From NCBI GenBank assembly GCA_040217195.1, contig JAVJNR010000005.1, positions 64,001 to 128,000 of the forward strand: DNA of 64,000 nucleotides, written 5' to 3'. Below, piece by piece: positions 28,752 through 37,905 of the stretch. Source of the stretch: Leptospiraceae bacterium. Its GTDB lineage: Bacteria; Spirochaetota; Leptospiria; Leptospirales; Leptonemataceae. The notes under the pieces were generated by a model that made no database searches, was not told the DNA's origin, and saw only the letters and a list, made by a program, of their open reading frames with translations. Position numbers and translations under genes: made by a program. The number at the start of each line of letters is the position of its first letter. The first letter of the stretch is position 1.

Positions 28752-29393
28752 ATGAAATTGAAACATTACCTTCTTCTGTCCTTTCTTTCACTGATCTTCA
28801 TAACTCCGCTATTCTCCCGGACCCAGTTTAAAATCCGGGAGCAATCCTTCGAAAATACAAGGCTGGGCCCGGTGCTGGCTCGGGCTGCTTACATGCAGAC
28901 CTATGAGTACCATATTCAGGATCCGATATTTACCCGGGACTATGAAAAACTGACTCTGTGGATTAGCTTCCGGGGCGATCTTCGTTTCTTCGCAATATTT
29001 GATAAAGAGGGCCCGCTTGTAGTTGGCATTCGCTCCCATAGACCAGATGCACTGAATCTAGATAAGGAATTATTGCGAGAGTTTGTGGCATTCGATTTGC
29101 AGCTTTCAGATCGAAAGTTCCTTAAGAGCTTTCTTCTACGCGAACCGGTTCAAACGGATGGAAACGATTCCGGGGCTCTGGAGAAGTCTAATTGCTCCAT
29201 GCAAAGTCAGTGGGCCCCACCGGAGAATAATCTAACGGATGCTAACTTCAGACACCCAGAAGAAGCAGGTTCGAATCCAGAGAATTCGGGAACCGGATGT
29301 CCCCTGCCTTCGACGATGAAATACTGGCTAGAGTTCATTCGAAACACCACCCTTCCAGAAGAAAACTTGGATAAATCGGCCAAACCCGCATAG
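28752..29393 (+). CDS. Exported hypothetical protein
   Basis: MKLKHYLLLSFLSLIFITPLFS signal peptide; ATG 28752 preferred over 28719. Confidence 0.7.
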   Translation: MKLKHYLLLSFLSLIFITPLFSRTQFKIREQSFENTRLGPVLARAAYMQTYEYHIQDPIFTRDYEKLTLWISFRGDLRFFAIFDKEGPLVVGIRSHRPDALNLDKELLREFVAFDLQLSDRKFLKSFLLREPVQTDGNDSGALEKSNCSMQSQWAPPENNLTDANFRHPEEAGSNPENSGTGCPLPSTMKYWLEFIRNTTLPEENLDKSAKPA

Positions 29394-29498
29394 CCGATTA
29401 AGCTAATTCCCGTTGCAGCTAGTTGCGAAGAATTGTTTTTGTCTTGACTTCGCGTAAATATCCGCTCCAATCCTCGGCACCAATCTGAGGAGAAATAT

Positions 29499-29861
29499 AT
29501 GAAAATTCTGAAACTGCTGCCCGTGGCAGCTCTACTTGCTGTTGTGGCCTGCGGACCTGATCCGATCCAGATCACCTGCGATCAATCAGTAAAAAGTCTG
29601 AAAAACACCGTGGAAGGTAAAACTTCTTTCGTAGTGTCCTGCCCTTCTGCCTGTGGAGAGCGTTCCGTCTGGGGCACAGATGTCTATACAACTGACTCTT
29701 CTATCTGTACTGCTGCTCGTCATGCTGGTGTAATCGATACCGATGGTGGCAAAGTTGAAGTAGAAGTGACTGCCGGGCAGGATTCTTACTCTGGTTCCGA
29801 ACGAAACGGTGTAAGCACTGGAAGCTGGAACAGCTATCCAGGAAGCTTCACAGTTAAGTAA
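29499..29861 (+). CDS. LCCL-domain lipoprotein
   Basis: Lipobox VVA-C; LCCL signature CP..C...VWGTDVYTTDSSICTAARHAGVI...GG.V...Y.GS.RNGV; GAGGAG RBS. Confidence 0.9.
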   Translation: MKILKLLPVAALLAVVACGPDPIQITCDQSVKSLKNTVEGKTSFVVSCPSACGERSVWGTDVYTTDSSICTAARHAGVIDTDGGKVEVEVTAGQDSYSGSERNGVSTGSWNSYPGSFTVK

Positions 29862-29872
29862 TTTCTATGATG

Positions 29873-29906
29873 GTTTGTCGCCCGTTTTCAAATCCGGGCG
29901 ACAAAC
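29873..29906. terminator. Bidirectional terminator hairpin between convergent genes
   Basis: 12-bp perfect inverted repeat GTTTGTCGCCCG / CGGGCGACAAAC. Confidence 0.8.
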
Positions 29907-29907
29907 T

Positions 29908-32900
29908 TTATCCTGCAGTCTTTGGCCTGGAATGGCTGGATAAACGTTCGCTTACCAGATTGGCCGGTTCCGGCCTGGCCAGAAAGAATCCCTGAGCCAT
30001 ATGACATCCTTCCCTTTTCAGAAATGCAAGTTGTTCCGGAGTTTCCACTCCTTCAGCTATGACCTTTAGCTCAAGAGTTCGCGCCATAGCGATGATGGTA
30101 CGAATAATGGAATCGCTTTCATCACTTCCAATTTCTTCAACAAAGCTACGATCTATCTTTACTACATGCACCGGTAGTCTTCTCAGATAATTCAAAGAGG
30201 AGTAACCAGTACCAAAATCATCTATCATCAGTTCAATACCAAGCTGCCCCATGGAATGAAGCAGCGGATCCATTGCCTGAATGTTTTTCATTAGAGCTGT
30301 TTCGGTTAATTCCAGAGAGATATCGAAGCCAGACAGAGAGGCCTCTGATAGTAACCTCTGAAGCTCGGGAATGAATTGATTATTCTCCAGTTGCCTGGAG
30401 CTCATATTCAAGGCCAAACGTCCGGAAAATAGCCCCTTTTTTCTCCATTCGGCCAGTTGTTCAATTCCAGATCGCATAGTCCAGAAATCCAGATCACGGA
30501 TGGATCCAGTTTCTTCTGCCAGAGGAATAAATTGAGCTGGTGATACATTACCAAGCTGAGAATTATTCCAGCGCATGAGTGCTTCCAGGCCGGATATTTC
30601 GTCTGTTCGCAAATCGAAAACCGGTTGATAGTGCAACGAAAGCTCCTGTTTATCTGCAGCCTGCCGTAGTTCTGTATCCATTAGGAGCCTGGTCTGGATT
30701 TCAGTTTCCATCACTTGTTCGAATCTGCAGTAGTTGTTACGACCGCGAGCTTTTGCCTTGTACATGGCTGCATCTGCATTCTTGATCAGTTGATGCATGT
30801 TTTCCCCATCTCCGGGATAGAAGCAAAGCCCAATACTTGCAGAAAGATAAAGATCGTGGCCATCAACATTGATGGGTTCGCGAAACAAATCCAGCACTTC
30901 GGCCGCATGTGCAAAAGCCTGGTCTTCTTCCTGGACCGAATATACCATCATGAATTCATCCCCACCCAGCCTGGCCAGAAAGGCATGATCGGAAATTTGA
31001 TCCAGGAAACTACGGGCTACTCTGGTTAGCAGTCGGTCTCCTACATCATGCCCCAGAGTATCATTTATGTTTTTGAAATGATCCAAATCCACAAATAGAA
31101 GTGCTTTTTTCTCCGCCTGTTCCTTTTCCAGAATGTCCGTAAGGTGGGCATACAGTGCTTCTCGGTTGGGCAACCCTGTAAGCAAATCCGTATAGGCCAT
31201 GGACCGCAGCTTTTGTTCTGCTTCAATTCGCTCGGAAATATCCGAACTGATCATAATGATCCTTTCTTTCTCGTGGTACTCTAAAATGCCAATGCGAGTA
31301 TTATACCAGGCTATCTCCCCATTGGCGTTGTAGCCTCGAATATCGTATGTAAAGGGCTTTCGCTCAGTAATGATTCGGTCAATCGCCCAGGTTAGGCGGC
31401 TTCGGTCTTCCTCGGGCACAAAGTCTCTACAATCTCGGCCCAGAACCGAACCCATATCGTATCCAGCCGTTACTGCATTTACGTAATGGATCTTGCCATC
31501 CAGATCCAGCAAGAGTACAATGCTAGGTTGATTCTCAAGAATGAAGCGTAGTTGCTCTTCGCTTTTCTGTAAGCTCCTGGACTGGTTTCGCGATTGAGTA
31601 ACATCAAAAAAGGACACCACTGCACCGCGACGATCGGAACCGTCTTCAGAGAATGGAATGGAATTTACTGCAATCCACCGAAGTTCATTTTCCGGCGTTG
31701 TGACCCCCAGGATGGTTCCATGCTGGGGCTCCCCGGTTCGCATGGATACCGACGATGGGTGCTCTTCGCCCGTCATGGGCTCCCCTTCGCTGTTTACAAT
31801 CCTCCACTGGGGGTCCATGGATGTCTTTCCAAGCAGTTGATCCTCGGTGAGTCCCAGTATCTCCAGAGCACTATGATTGTAGGAAACGATCACTCCCTCG
31901 GAATTATGAACAACTATACCTTCAGCCAGGATGCTATAGATTCTTTGCAGTGTAGACTGAGCTATTTTTTGTTCTGTGATATCTACCACTACCCCGGCCA
32001 TTTCCACGGCCGCACCGTCTTCGAACTTCACAGAGCCGCGGCCCTCCAGCCAGCGAATCTCTCCATCCGGAGTTCTAATCCTGTGTTCCACCTGATATGG
32101 CGATCCCGGATTCTTGATGGCCATATCCATGGATTTTCTCAATAGCTCCCGATCCTCATCCAGAATCATTCGGAGGTAGCCGGCTAGAGAACCGTCGAAT
32201 TCTTCGGCTTTGACACCAAATATAGAAGGCACATTCGATGACCAGAATACCTCTCCGGTTCGCACATTCAGATACCAGTGACCGATGTTACCCTGCTCCA
32301 TTATGTTGCTAAGCGAACGAATCAAGGACCGATTTTCGGACCTGGCTTCATCGCTTTCTTTCAGGGCTCTTCTGGTTGCCTGCCATCCAAGCCAGTATAT
32401 GATCACTGCCACAAAGAAATAGTTAACGCGACGAAACCATTCGGCATAAGGCATAGGATCGGATTGTGCTGCAATGTTTCCCTGGGCAGTAAGGTAAGCC
32501 ACACCACCGGAAAATGCGGTGGCCAGGATAGCCGTCCCAACTACGGCTCTGGGACCGAACAGAACGCCGGCCATCATAATGGCCAGTAGATTGAGCATGA
32601 TGATGGTGTCGTAAATGCCCATCCCCTGTAGAGGTTGGAGATTTGCCGCAGCGAGGAATACTGCAATGAGCAGAGTTCCGGCCGTTCTGGAATAGCCCTT
32701 TCGAAGAAGCACCATCAGAATAATGCAGACAGTGCAGGTAATACCAGACAGATATAGAAAACGAGTACCCAGGATCTGGAACAATCCCAGGGGAAAAAGA
32801 AACGCTGCACTGGCAATAAAAAGCCAGAGGGCTGCAGGTGCCAGAACCCGGGTTCTTCGTTCATGAGCTGCCGAATCAAATTGCAGCGGCATCAACCTTT

Positions 32901-32928
32901 TTTCAATCCAGCCAATCAAACGATACAC
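29908..32928 (-). CDS. Membrane-bound PAS x3-GGDEF-EAL diguanylate cyclase/phosphodiesterase
   Basis: About six TM helices, three PAS/PAC domains, DLDHFK...RLGGDEF, EALMRW, DDFGTGYSSL, EGVET all intact. Confidence 0.95.
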   Translation of the reverse strand: MYRLIGWIEKRLMPLQFDSAAHERRTRVLAPAALWLFIASAAFLFPLGLFQILGTRFLYLSGITCTVCIILMVLLRKGYSRTAGTLLIAVFLAAANLQPLQGMGIYDTIIMLNLLAIMMAGVLFGPRAVVGTAILATAFSGGVAYLTAQGNIAAQSDPMPYAEWFRRVNYFFVAVIIYWLGWQATRRALKESDEARSENRSLIRSLSNIMEQGNIGHWYLNVRTGEVFWSSNVPSIFGVKAEEFDGSLAGYLRMILDEDRELLRKSMDMAIKNPGSPYQVEHRIRTPDGEIRWLEGRGSVKFEDGAAVEMAGVVVDITEQKIAQSTLQRIYSILAEGIVVHNSEGVIVSYNHSALEILGLTEDQLLGKTSMDPQWRIVNSEGEPMTGEEHPSSVSMRTGEPQHGTILGVTTPENELRWIAVNSIPFSEDGSDRRGAVVSFFDVTQSRNQSRSLQKSEEQLRFILENQPSIVLLLDLDGKIHYVNAVTAGYDMGSVLGRDCRDFVPEEDRSRLTWAIDRIITERKPFTYDIRGYNANGEIAWYNTRIGILEYHEKERIIMISSDISERIEAEQKLRSMAYTDLLTGLPNREALYAHLTDILEKEQAEKKALLFVDLDHFKNINDTLGHDVGDRLLTRVARSFLDQISDHAFLARLGGDEFMMVYSVQEEDQAFAHAAEVLDLFREPINVDGHDLYLSASIGLCFYPGDGENMHQLIKNADAAMYKAKARGRNNYCRFEQVMETEIQTRLLMDTELRQAADKQELSLHYQPVFDLRTDEISGLEALMRWNNSQLGNVSPAQFIPLAEETGSIRDLDFWTMRSGIEQLAEWRKKGLFSGRLALNMSSRQLENNQFIPELQRLLSEASLSGFDISLELTETALMKNIQAMDPLLHSMGQLGIELMIDDFGTGYSSLNYLRRLPVHVVKIDRSFVEEIGSDESDSIIRTIIAMARTLELKVIAEGVETPEQLAFLKREGCHMAQGFFLARPEPANLVSERLSSHSRPKTAG

Positions 32929-33022
32929 CCATAATGCCCCGAAGTTTGTGATCTATTTTATAGTCCATATTTGCGCAACCGAGAAAAACTTGCAGCACCC
33001 CGGTCCGAACCTAAACTTAGAT

Positions 33023-33697
33023 ATGCCTTCCTTTTTCGGTAAAGAATACATTCAATTCTTCCGCGCTCTGGAAAAAAACAACAATAAAGAGTGGTTCCAG
33101 AAGAATCGCAAAGAATATGAAAACTACGTCCGATCACCTTTTCTGGAATACGTAGCTTCCATTGCACTAAAAATGCAGAAAGCCGGTTGGAACATTGAAA
33201 CAGACCCCGCTCGCTGCATTTCCAGGATAAACCGAGATATTCGTTTTTCCAAAGACAAAGCACCGTACAATGTATATATGACGGCCTTTTTCTCGCAAAG
33301 GGGTAGCAATGATAAATCTCTGCCAGGTTTCTTTTTAAGATTTGGCGCCCGGGATACAACTTTCATGGCAGGAAGCTATGGCCCAACTACAGAGCAGCTA
33401 AAATCCATCCGGACTCATATAGCATCCGATACAGAATCATTCAAAAAGTTAATTAAGGACAAGAATCTAGTCCATCATTTTGGACAAATTCTGGGAGAAA
33501 AAAATAAGCGACTATCGCCAGAATACCAGGGCTTGCTGGAATCAATACCGGACCTGGCACGAAAGCAATTCTACTTTATTCGAGAAGAGAAGCCTGATTT
33601 CATAGTCCAACCTGATTTAATGAAAAAGACGATGGAGCTGTGGAAGGTGGCAAGACCGTTCAATGATTATCTGATAGAGGCTCACCATGGCATATAG
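33023..33697 (+). CDS. DUF2461 (TIGR02453) family protein
   Basis: NNNKEWF...RINRDIRFSKDKAPY signature. Confidence 0.9.
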   Translation: MPSFFGKEYIQFFRALEKNNNKEWFQKNRKEYENYVRSPFLEYVASIALKMQKAGWNIETDPARCISRINRDIRFSKDKAPYNVYMTAFFSQRGSNDKSLPGFFLRFGARDTTFMAGSYGPTTEQLKSIRTHIASDTESFKKLIKDKNLVHHFGQILGEKNKRLSPEYQGLLESIPDLARKQFYFIREEKPDFIVQPDLMKKTMELWKVARPFNDYLIEAHHGI

Positions 33698-34070
33698 CGA
33701 AAAACTGGCAGATCGAATCCGTAAGCTTTTCCATGAGAAACAGTGCGCCTACGAAGAAAAAAAGATGATGGGAGGGCTCTGCTTCATGGTGGATGATAAG
33801 ATGTGTATGGGCCTGCTACAGGACAAATCAACCGGAGCCGATCTGCTAATGGCTCGAATTGGACCGGAGCAGTACGATCAAGCCTTACAGGAAAAAGGCT
33901 GCAAGCCCATGGATTTCACAGGTCGTCCCATGAAGGGAATGGTTTTCATAGAAGACCAGGCCATCCAGGATAAAAGAAGCCTGAAGCGATGGATGGATCG
34001 ATGCCTGAAATACAATCCAGTTGCGAATAGAAGCAAACCGTCTAAAAAGCCAAAACGGGCCGCAAGGTAA
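33687..34070 (+). CDS. TfoX/Sxy N-terminal domain protein
   Basis: EKKMMGGLCFMVDDKMC...MDFTGRPMKGMV. Confidence 0.85.
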   Translation: MAYSEKLADRIRKLFHEKQCAYEEKKMMGGLCFMVDDKMCMGLLQDKSTGADLLMARIGPEQYDQALQEKGCKPMDFTGRPMKGMVFIEDQAIQDKRSLKRWMDRCLKYNPVANRSKPSKKPKRAAR

Positions 34071-34247
34071 AGATTCCCCGCTCAGTTCCGGCTACCGCAC
34101 AATTCAAAGGCACTTCTATTGAAATACTTTTAACCCAGAAACCAGCAAGCACAGTCAGCAAAAAGGTTTCCGCGGGAATTTCGTAGAACCGATTTTTCGC
34201 TTGCTATTTCTCAGCTCTGACTATCATGGCGAGCACAGGGAGCGACC

Positions 34248-34946
34248 ATGAAACGAATTCTATTTACTTTTGCACTGAGTCTACTGAGCGTTACATTCCT
34301 TCAATGCGGGAATCCCACAGAAGCACTGTATAAGAAATACCATGAAGTGGTATCTTCAGTAGGAGAGCTGGACGATGCGAAGATGCAGCAATACATTAAG
34401 ACCATGCGCATTCTACGCAAGCAGGGAATCCAGTTCCAGCAATGGCTGGCAGAAAATCCAAATGGTGGACAGGAAGGTTTCAACAAGATTGAAGCGGCCA
34501 TCAAGGAAGGTGGTTTCGATGATTATGCTACCTTTGTGAAGGTAAATGCCAAGGTTGCCTGGGCATGGAACATGGCTCAGGCTCAAGTTGGTATGGAAAA
34601 GCAAAAGGATCTAAACCAGGCTTCCCAGGATATGACTCAGCAGGGCATCGATCTAATTGATCAGCAATTGGCGGACCCCAATATTCCCGAAGAAACCAAA
34701 GCGGAATTGCGACAGACTCGCCAGCAGCTAGCCACTCAAAAAGAAGAAATTGCAGAGACCTGGGATAAGAATAAAGTATATGCCGATTGGGCCATGAAAG
34801 TTGTAGGACCTCTTACCAACGATGAAGAGGTGGCCATGGTCAAAAAATACGAACCGGAGTTAATGGAAGTTTTTACGGGCTTGAGCAAAGAACAGATAGA
34901 TCAAATCCATGAACTTTCCATGCCTCAGCTGGACCTGGAGCCATGA
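34248..34946 (+). CDS. Hypothetical helical lipoprotein
   Basis: Spirochaetal lipobox-like FLQ-C after a hydrophobic core; GGAG RBS. Confidence 0.75.
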   Translation: MKRILFTFALSLLSVTFLQCGNPTEALYKKYHEVVSSVGELDDAKMQQYIKTMRILRKQGIQFQQWLAENPNGGQEGFNKIEAAIKEGGFDDYATFVKVNAKVAWAWNMAQAQVGMEKQKDLNQASQDMTQQGIDLIDQQLADPNIPEETKAELRQTRQQLATQKEEIAETWDKNKVYADWAMKVVGPLTNDEEVAMVKKYEPELMEVFTGLSKEQIDQIHELSMPQLDLEP

Positions 34947-35308
34947 GCCATTCCGTCTGGTTTGAAATACCGGTCCTGGATCTGGAGCAGGCCAAATTGT
35001 TCTACGAACATGTTTTGCAGGAAGAATTGACTCTTCATGAACTGGGACCTTTACGGATGGCCTGGTTTCCTATGGAAAAAGGAAAACCAGGTTCCACCGG
35101 AACCCTGGTACAGGCTCAAACCTATGAGCCTTCTTATAGCGGAACCCTCATCTATCTGGAGGTGAAAGATATTAACGCTACGCTCCATCGAGTGGAGGAA
35201 AAAGGCGGCAAGATAATCAATTCAAGAACACAGATCGGAGAGAACGGATTCGTAGCTCACTTTGAGGATTGCGAAGGAAATCGTGTGGGTCTTCATAGCA
35301 CAGACTGA
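34943..35308 (+). CDS. VOC/glyoxalase family protein
   Basis: WFEIPV.D...A..FY...GGK...F.DCEGNRVGLH. Confidence 0.9.
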   Translation: MSHSVWFEIPVLDLEQAKLFYEHVLQEELTLHELGPLRMAWFPMEKGKPGSTGTLVQAQTYEPSYSGTLIYLEVKDINATLHRVEEKGGKIINSRTQIGENGFVAHFEDCEGNRVGLHSTD

Positions 35309-35477
35309 CTCGATTCGTCGGTCCGGAATGCCGGGCTATTCGCGATTGCCTTGATGCACTGTCCGTTCGCCTGGATGGTATTGCGGCTACAAAATGGATT
35401 GCTTGCCGGCTCTGGTTGGCCCATAGATGCGTGCGCTCTTTAGCATCACATCCCATATCTGTTACAGAAACCTGCAA

Positions 35478-36857
35478 TCAGCCCTTTGCTGAAACAGTTC
35501 CAAGAATACCCTGTAGTTCATCGAGAAATGATTCCATCAATCCCCGCGGCCATCTCGCTGAATCTATATGCAATGTAAGGGTCAGTCTATCTTCGTAGGT
35601 AGTGGCCGCCACAAACATTACCTGGGAAACCGAAGGATGTACTGTAAAAGTAACATTGGTAACTTCCCAATCTTGATTATGGATTGCAGGCAGGCTGCCA
35701 ACTACCCCGGCGTTACTGAATGCAAGCGCCTGTGGAAGCCTCTGAATGAGAGCTCCATACGCTTTTCCAGGATCTGATTTTCCCAGATACCGGGCCGGCT
35801 GAGGAAGCAATCTATAGAAATCCAGAGGATTGCTCTTAAGCTGGGAATGTACATCTTTGCTAATTGTTCTGGCCAGTTCCCAGAAACTCTCAGAGGCCGC
35901 AGTATGCTCTTGCAGCACCGGAACATCCACCGTTGTAGTTATGAGAGAAATGTACAATGCAAGTTCTTCTGCAGGCGATTCTGATCGAACGCTGCTTCGC
36001 ATGTCTGCAGGGCTGGCCAGGGCCATCCGGTTGCTGGAGTCTGCATTTTCAGTTTCTCTAGTGGAATTATCAGAGCTGTATTTCAAATCTACATTGGCCA
36101 GAGCTTCAAGAAGGCAGGCGCCCAGAACACCATGCAGTGTGGCTCCCTTCTCCTTTCCAGTCCTGCGAAGAGTCTTTAATTGCTCTGCTTGAATCTGAAC
36201 TTCTTCCAACCGGGCGGTGGCGGGTCCCTTACGCTTCTGAAAAAGAGATATCGGTCTGGCCGGGTTCGGCTCCATGACTGGTTCTGTTTCAGGGGCCTGC
36301 AACCTTTCATGGAGTCCCGCAGGAAAACCCGAATTGATGCCTTCCTCGCTCGGTGCAACATTTGCAGAGGACTTTGCATCTATTGGTTGGTCAGAAATTC
36401 GTTGAAAGAGCTGCTCAAGTAGCTTCAGTCCGCTGCGTCCATCCGCTATGGAATGATGAAAAATAAGATAGAGGCGGAATGTACCCTGGCTGCGAAGCAA
36501 TCCGCAGCGCATGAGCGGGCATTCGTTTTCGAAGGGCTCCATTATTGCATCGGCCACGCTCTGATTGAAAGCCGTTGTGCTATTTTCAGTGTTAATTAAG
36601 TCTTCGTTCCGAAATGAAACTTCCGGGAGTTTCTCTGGCTCCACTTCGGAAAATTTCAATCCATTTTCCATGTCATGCAAAATAGAGATTCGCAGCATTG
36701 GATGTTGTTCTTGAATCCAATTAAGCCCCTTCCTTATGGATTCCGGATTCGGAGAACCAGTACCATCTGCATAGACAGCGAAGTTCATGGAAGAAGCCCG
36801 ATCAAGTAGCCAGAAGGTACTTTCAGCCAGGTCCAGTTCGCGAAGAATTTTGCTCAT
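35478..36857 (-). CDS. Stand-alone condensation-domain (PapA5/alcohol acyltransferase-like) protein
   Basis: HPMLR, intact HHSIADG active-site motif, SPADMR, FSNAG; ATG 36857. Confidence 0.85.
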   Translation of the reverse strand: MSKILRELDLAESTFWLLDRASSMNFAVYADGTGSPNPESIRKGLNWIQEQHPMLRISILHDMENGLKFSEVEPEKLPEVSFRNEDLINTENSTTAFNQSVADAIMEPFENECPLMRCGLLRSQGTFRLYLIFHHSIADGRSGLKLLEQLFQRISDQPIDAKSSANVAPSEEGINSGFPAGLHERLQAPETEPVMEPNPARPISLFQKRKGPATARLEEVQIQAEQLKTLRRTGKEKGATLHGVLGACLLEALANVDLKYSSDNSTRETENADSSNRMALASPADMRSSVRSESPAEELALYISLITTTVDVPVLQEHTAASESFWELARTISKDVHSQLKSNPLDFYRLLPQPARYLGKSDPGKAYGALIQRLPQALAFSNAGVVGSLPAIHNQDWEVTNVTFTVHPSVSQVMFVAATTYEDRLTLTLHIDSARWPRGLMESFLDELQGILGTVSAKG

Positions 36858-36903
36858 AGAACCAAGCTTTATCGCGGGGCATGATCTGAAAAGTGGAATG
36901 CTT

Positions 36904-37329
36904 TCAGTGCACAATTCCTTCGAGAAAATATAGAACGATTAACCCTGAAATAAAAAGACATAATGGAGAATAGAGCACTGTATCCATACGTGCAAAGTCA
37001 CTGCCACCGATTCGCTTCAAGAATCCAATGTATTTAAAATCTCCAATGGCGCGAATCAAGAAAAGGCCTGCGATAATCCATCCTGGAATTGACCAGTAGC
37101 CCTGAAATGTATGCATCCACTGACCTGCCAGAAAGTAAGTAGCCATGGTAGCCAGGCCTCCAGCCACCAGCAGAGTTATCCCCTTTCCAGGGTTGAACAG
37201 TGGCTCTCCATTTTCCCTTACCGGAATGGACTTTCTAAAACCGGCAGTTCCTCCAAGGGCCCAGTATACATGCAGCACAGAAAGCACAGAAAAGATAGTT
37301 CCAAGGACTATAGGAATATATTGAATCAC
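36904..37329 (-). CDS. DUF3995 family membrane protein
   Basis: LHVYWALGG, RAIGDFKYIGF, FARMDT.LYSPLCL; GTG 37329. Confidence 0.85.
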   Translation of the reverse strand: MIQYIPIVLGTIFSVLSVLHVYWALGGTAGFRKSIPVRENGEPLFNPGKGITLLVAGGLATMATYFLAGQWMHTFQGYWSIPGWIIAGLFLIRAIGDFKYIGFLKRIGGSDFARMDTVLYSPLCLFISGLIVLYFLEGIVH

Positions 37330-37625
37330 ATCTGATGAAATCCCGAATTCACGGCAATGTAAAGTCAATTCGGTCTGTTGTACTGGACATAACCTGCTTG
37401 CCAGAATAGCCCCGAACTGATACGTTGCATTTGCTCCTATTGAATGTAGCCAGACCACCGTGGTTTTCGGTATCACGACCTATCTTCATTCCTGGCTGCC
37501 CGCTTTCTGCGTTTCAGCCGGACAGGAAAATCGAAACGGGAAGCATTGTATTTCCACGTATACCATTCTAAATCAAAATGCTATACCTGGGCAGCCACAT
37601 GCCTTCCCGCTATGAGAGGTATCAT

Positions 37626-37841
37626 ATGGCAGGAAAGCAAAGGCCCACCATGGGTAAGCGCATCCGCGAAAAGAACAAAAGAGAGAAAAAGCAGGCCAAG
37701 CTGGATGAGCGAGCCCGCAGAAAAGCAGAAGGGGGCATTGTAAGCGATGACATCGTTGATGTTTCCTCACTGATTCCTGATCCCGATGTATACGGCGAGG
37801 AAACTGTAGACGTTCCCGAAGAAGAGGAAGAAGAGAAATAA
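37626..37841 (+). CDS. Small protein with basic N-half and acidic C-half
   Basis: GAGGT RBS then ATG 37626; MAGKQRPTMGKRIREKNKREKKQAKLDERARRK...EEEEEK. Confidence 0.7.
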   Translation: MAGKQRPTMGKRIREKNKREKKQAKLDERARRKAEGGIVSDDIVDVSSLIPDPDVYGEETVDVPEEEEEEK

Positions 37842-37905
37842 CCAGCCCGGAAAGCAGCCTTCCGCAATGTCACGGCAAAAGCGGAATCGCTGCTGACTTA
37901 AAATC

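Noticed and set aside
28302..28766. 154-aa minus-strand ORF across the intergenic gap
   Set aside because: Overlaps both flanking plus-strand genes and has no protein-like features; the region is better explained by RNA structure and a promoter.
29373..29400. GCCGATTA as a sigma28 promoter for the LCCL gene
   Set aside because: TAAA is 17 nt away, and the motif is one arm of an AATCGGC/GCCGATT hairpin at the upstream stop codon, better explained as a 3' stem-loop.
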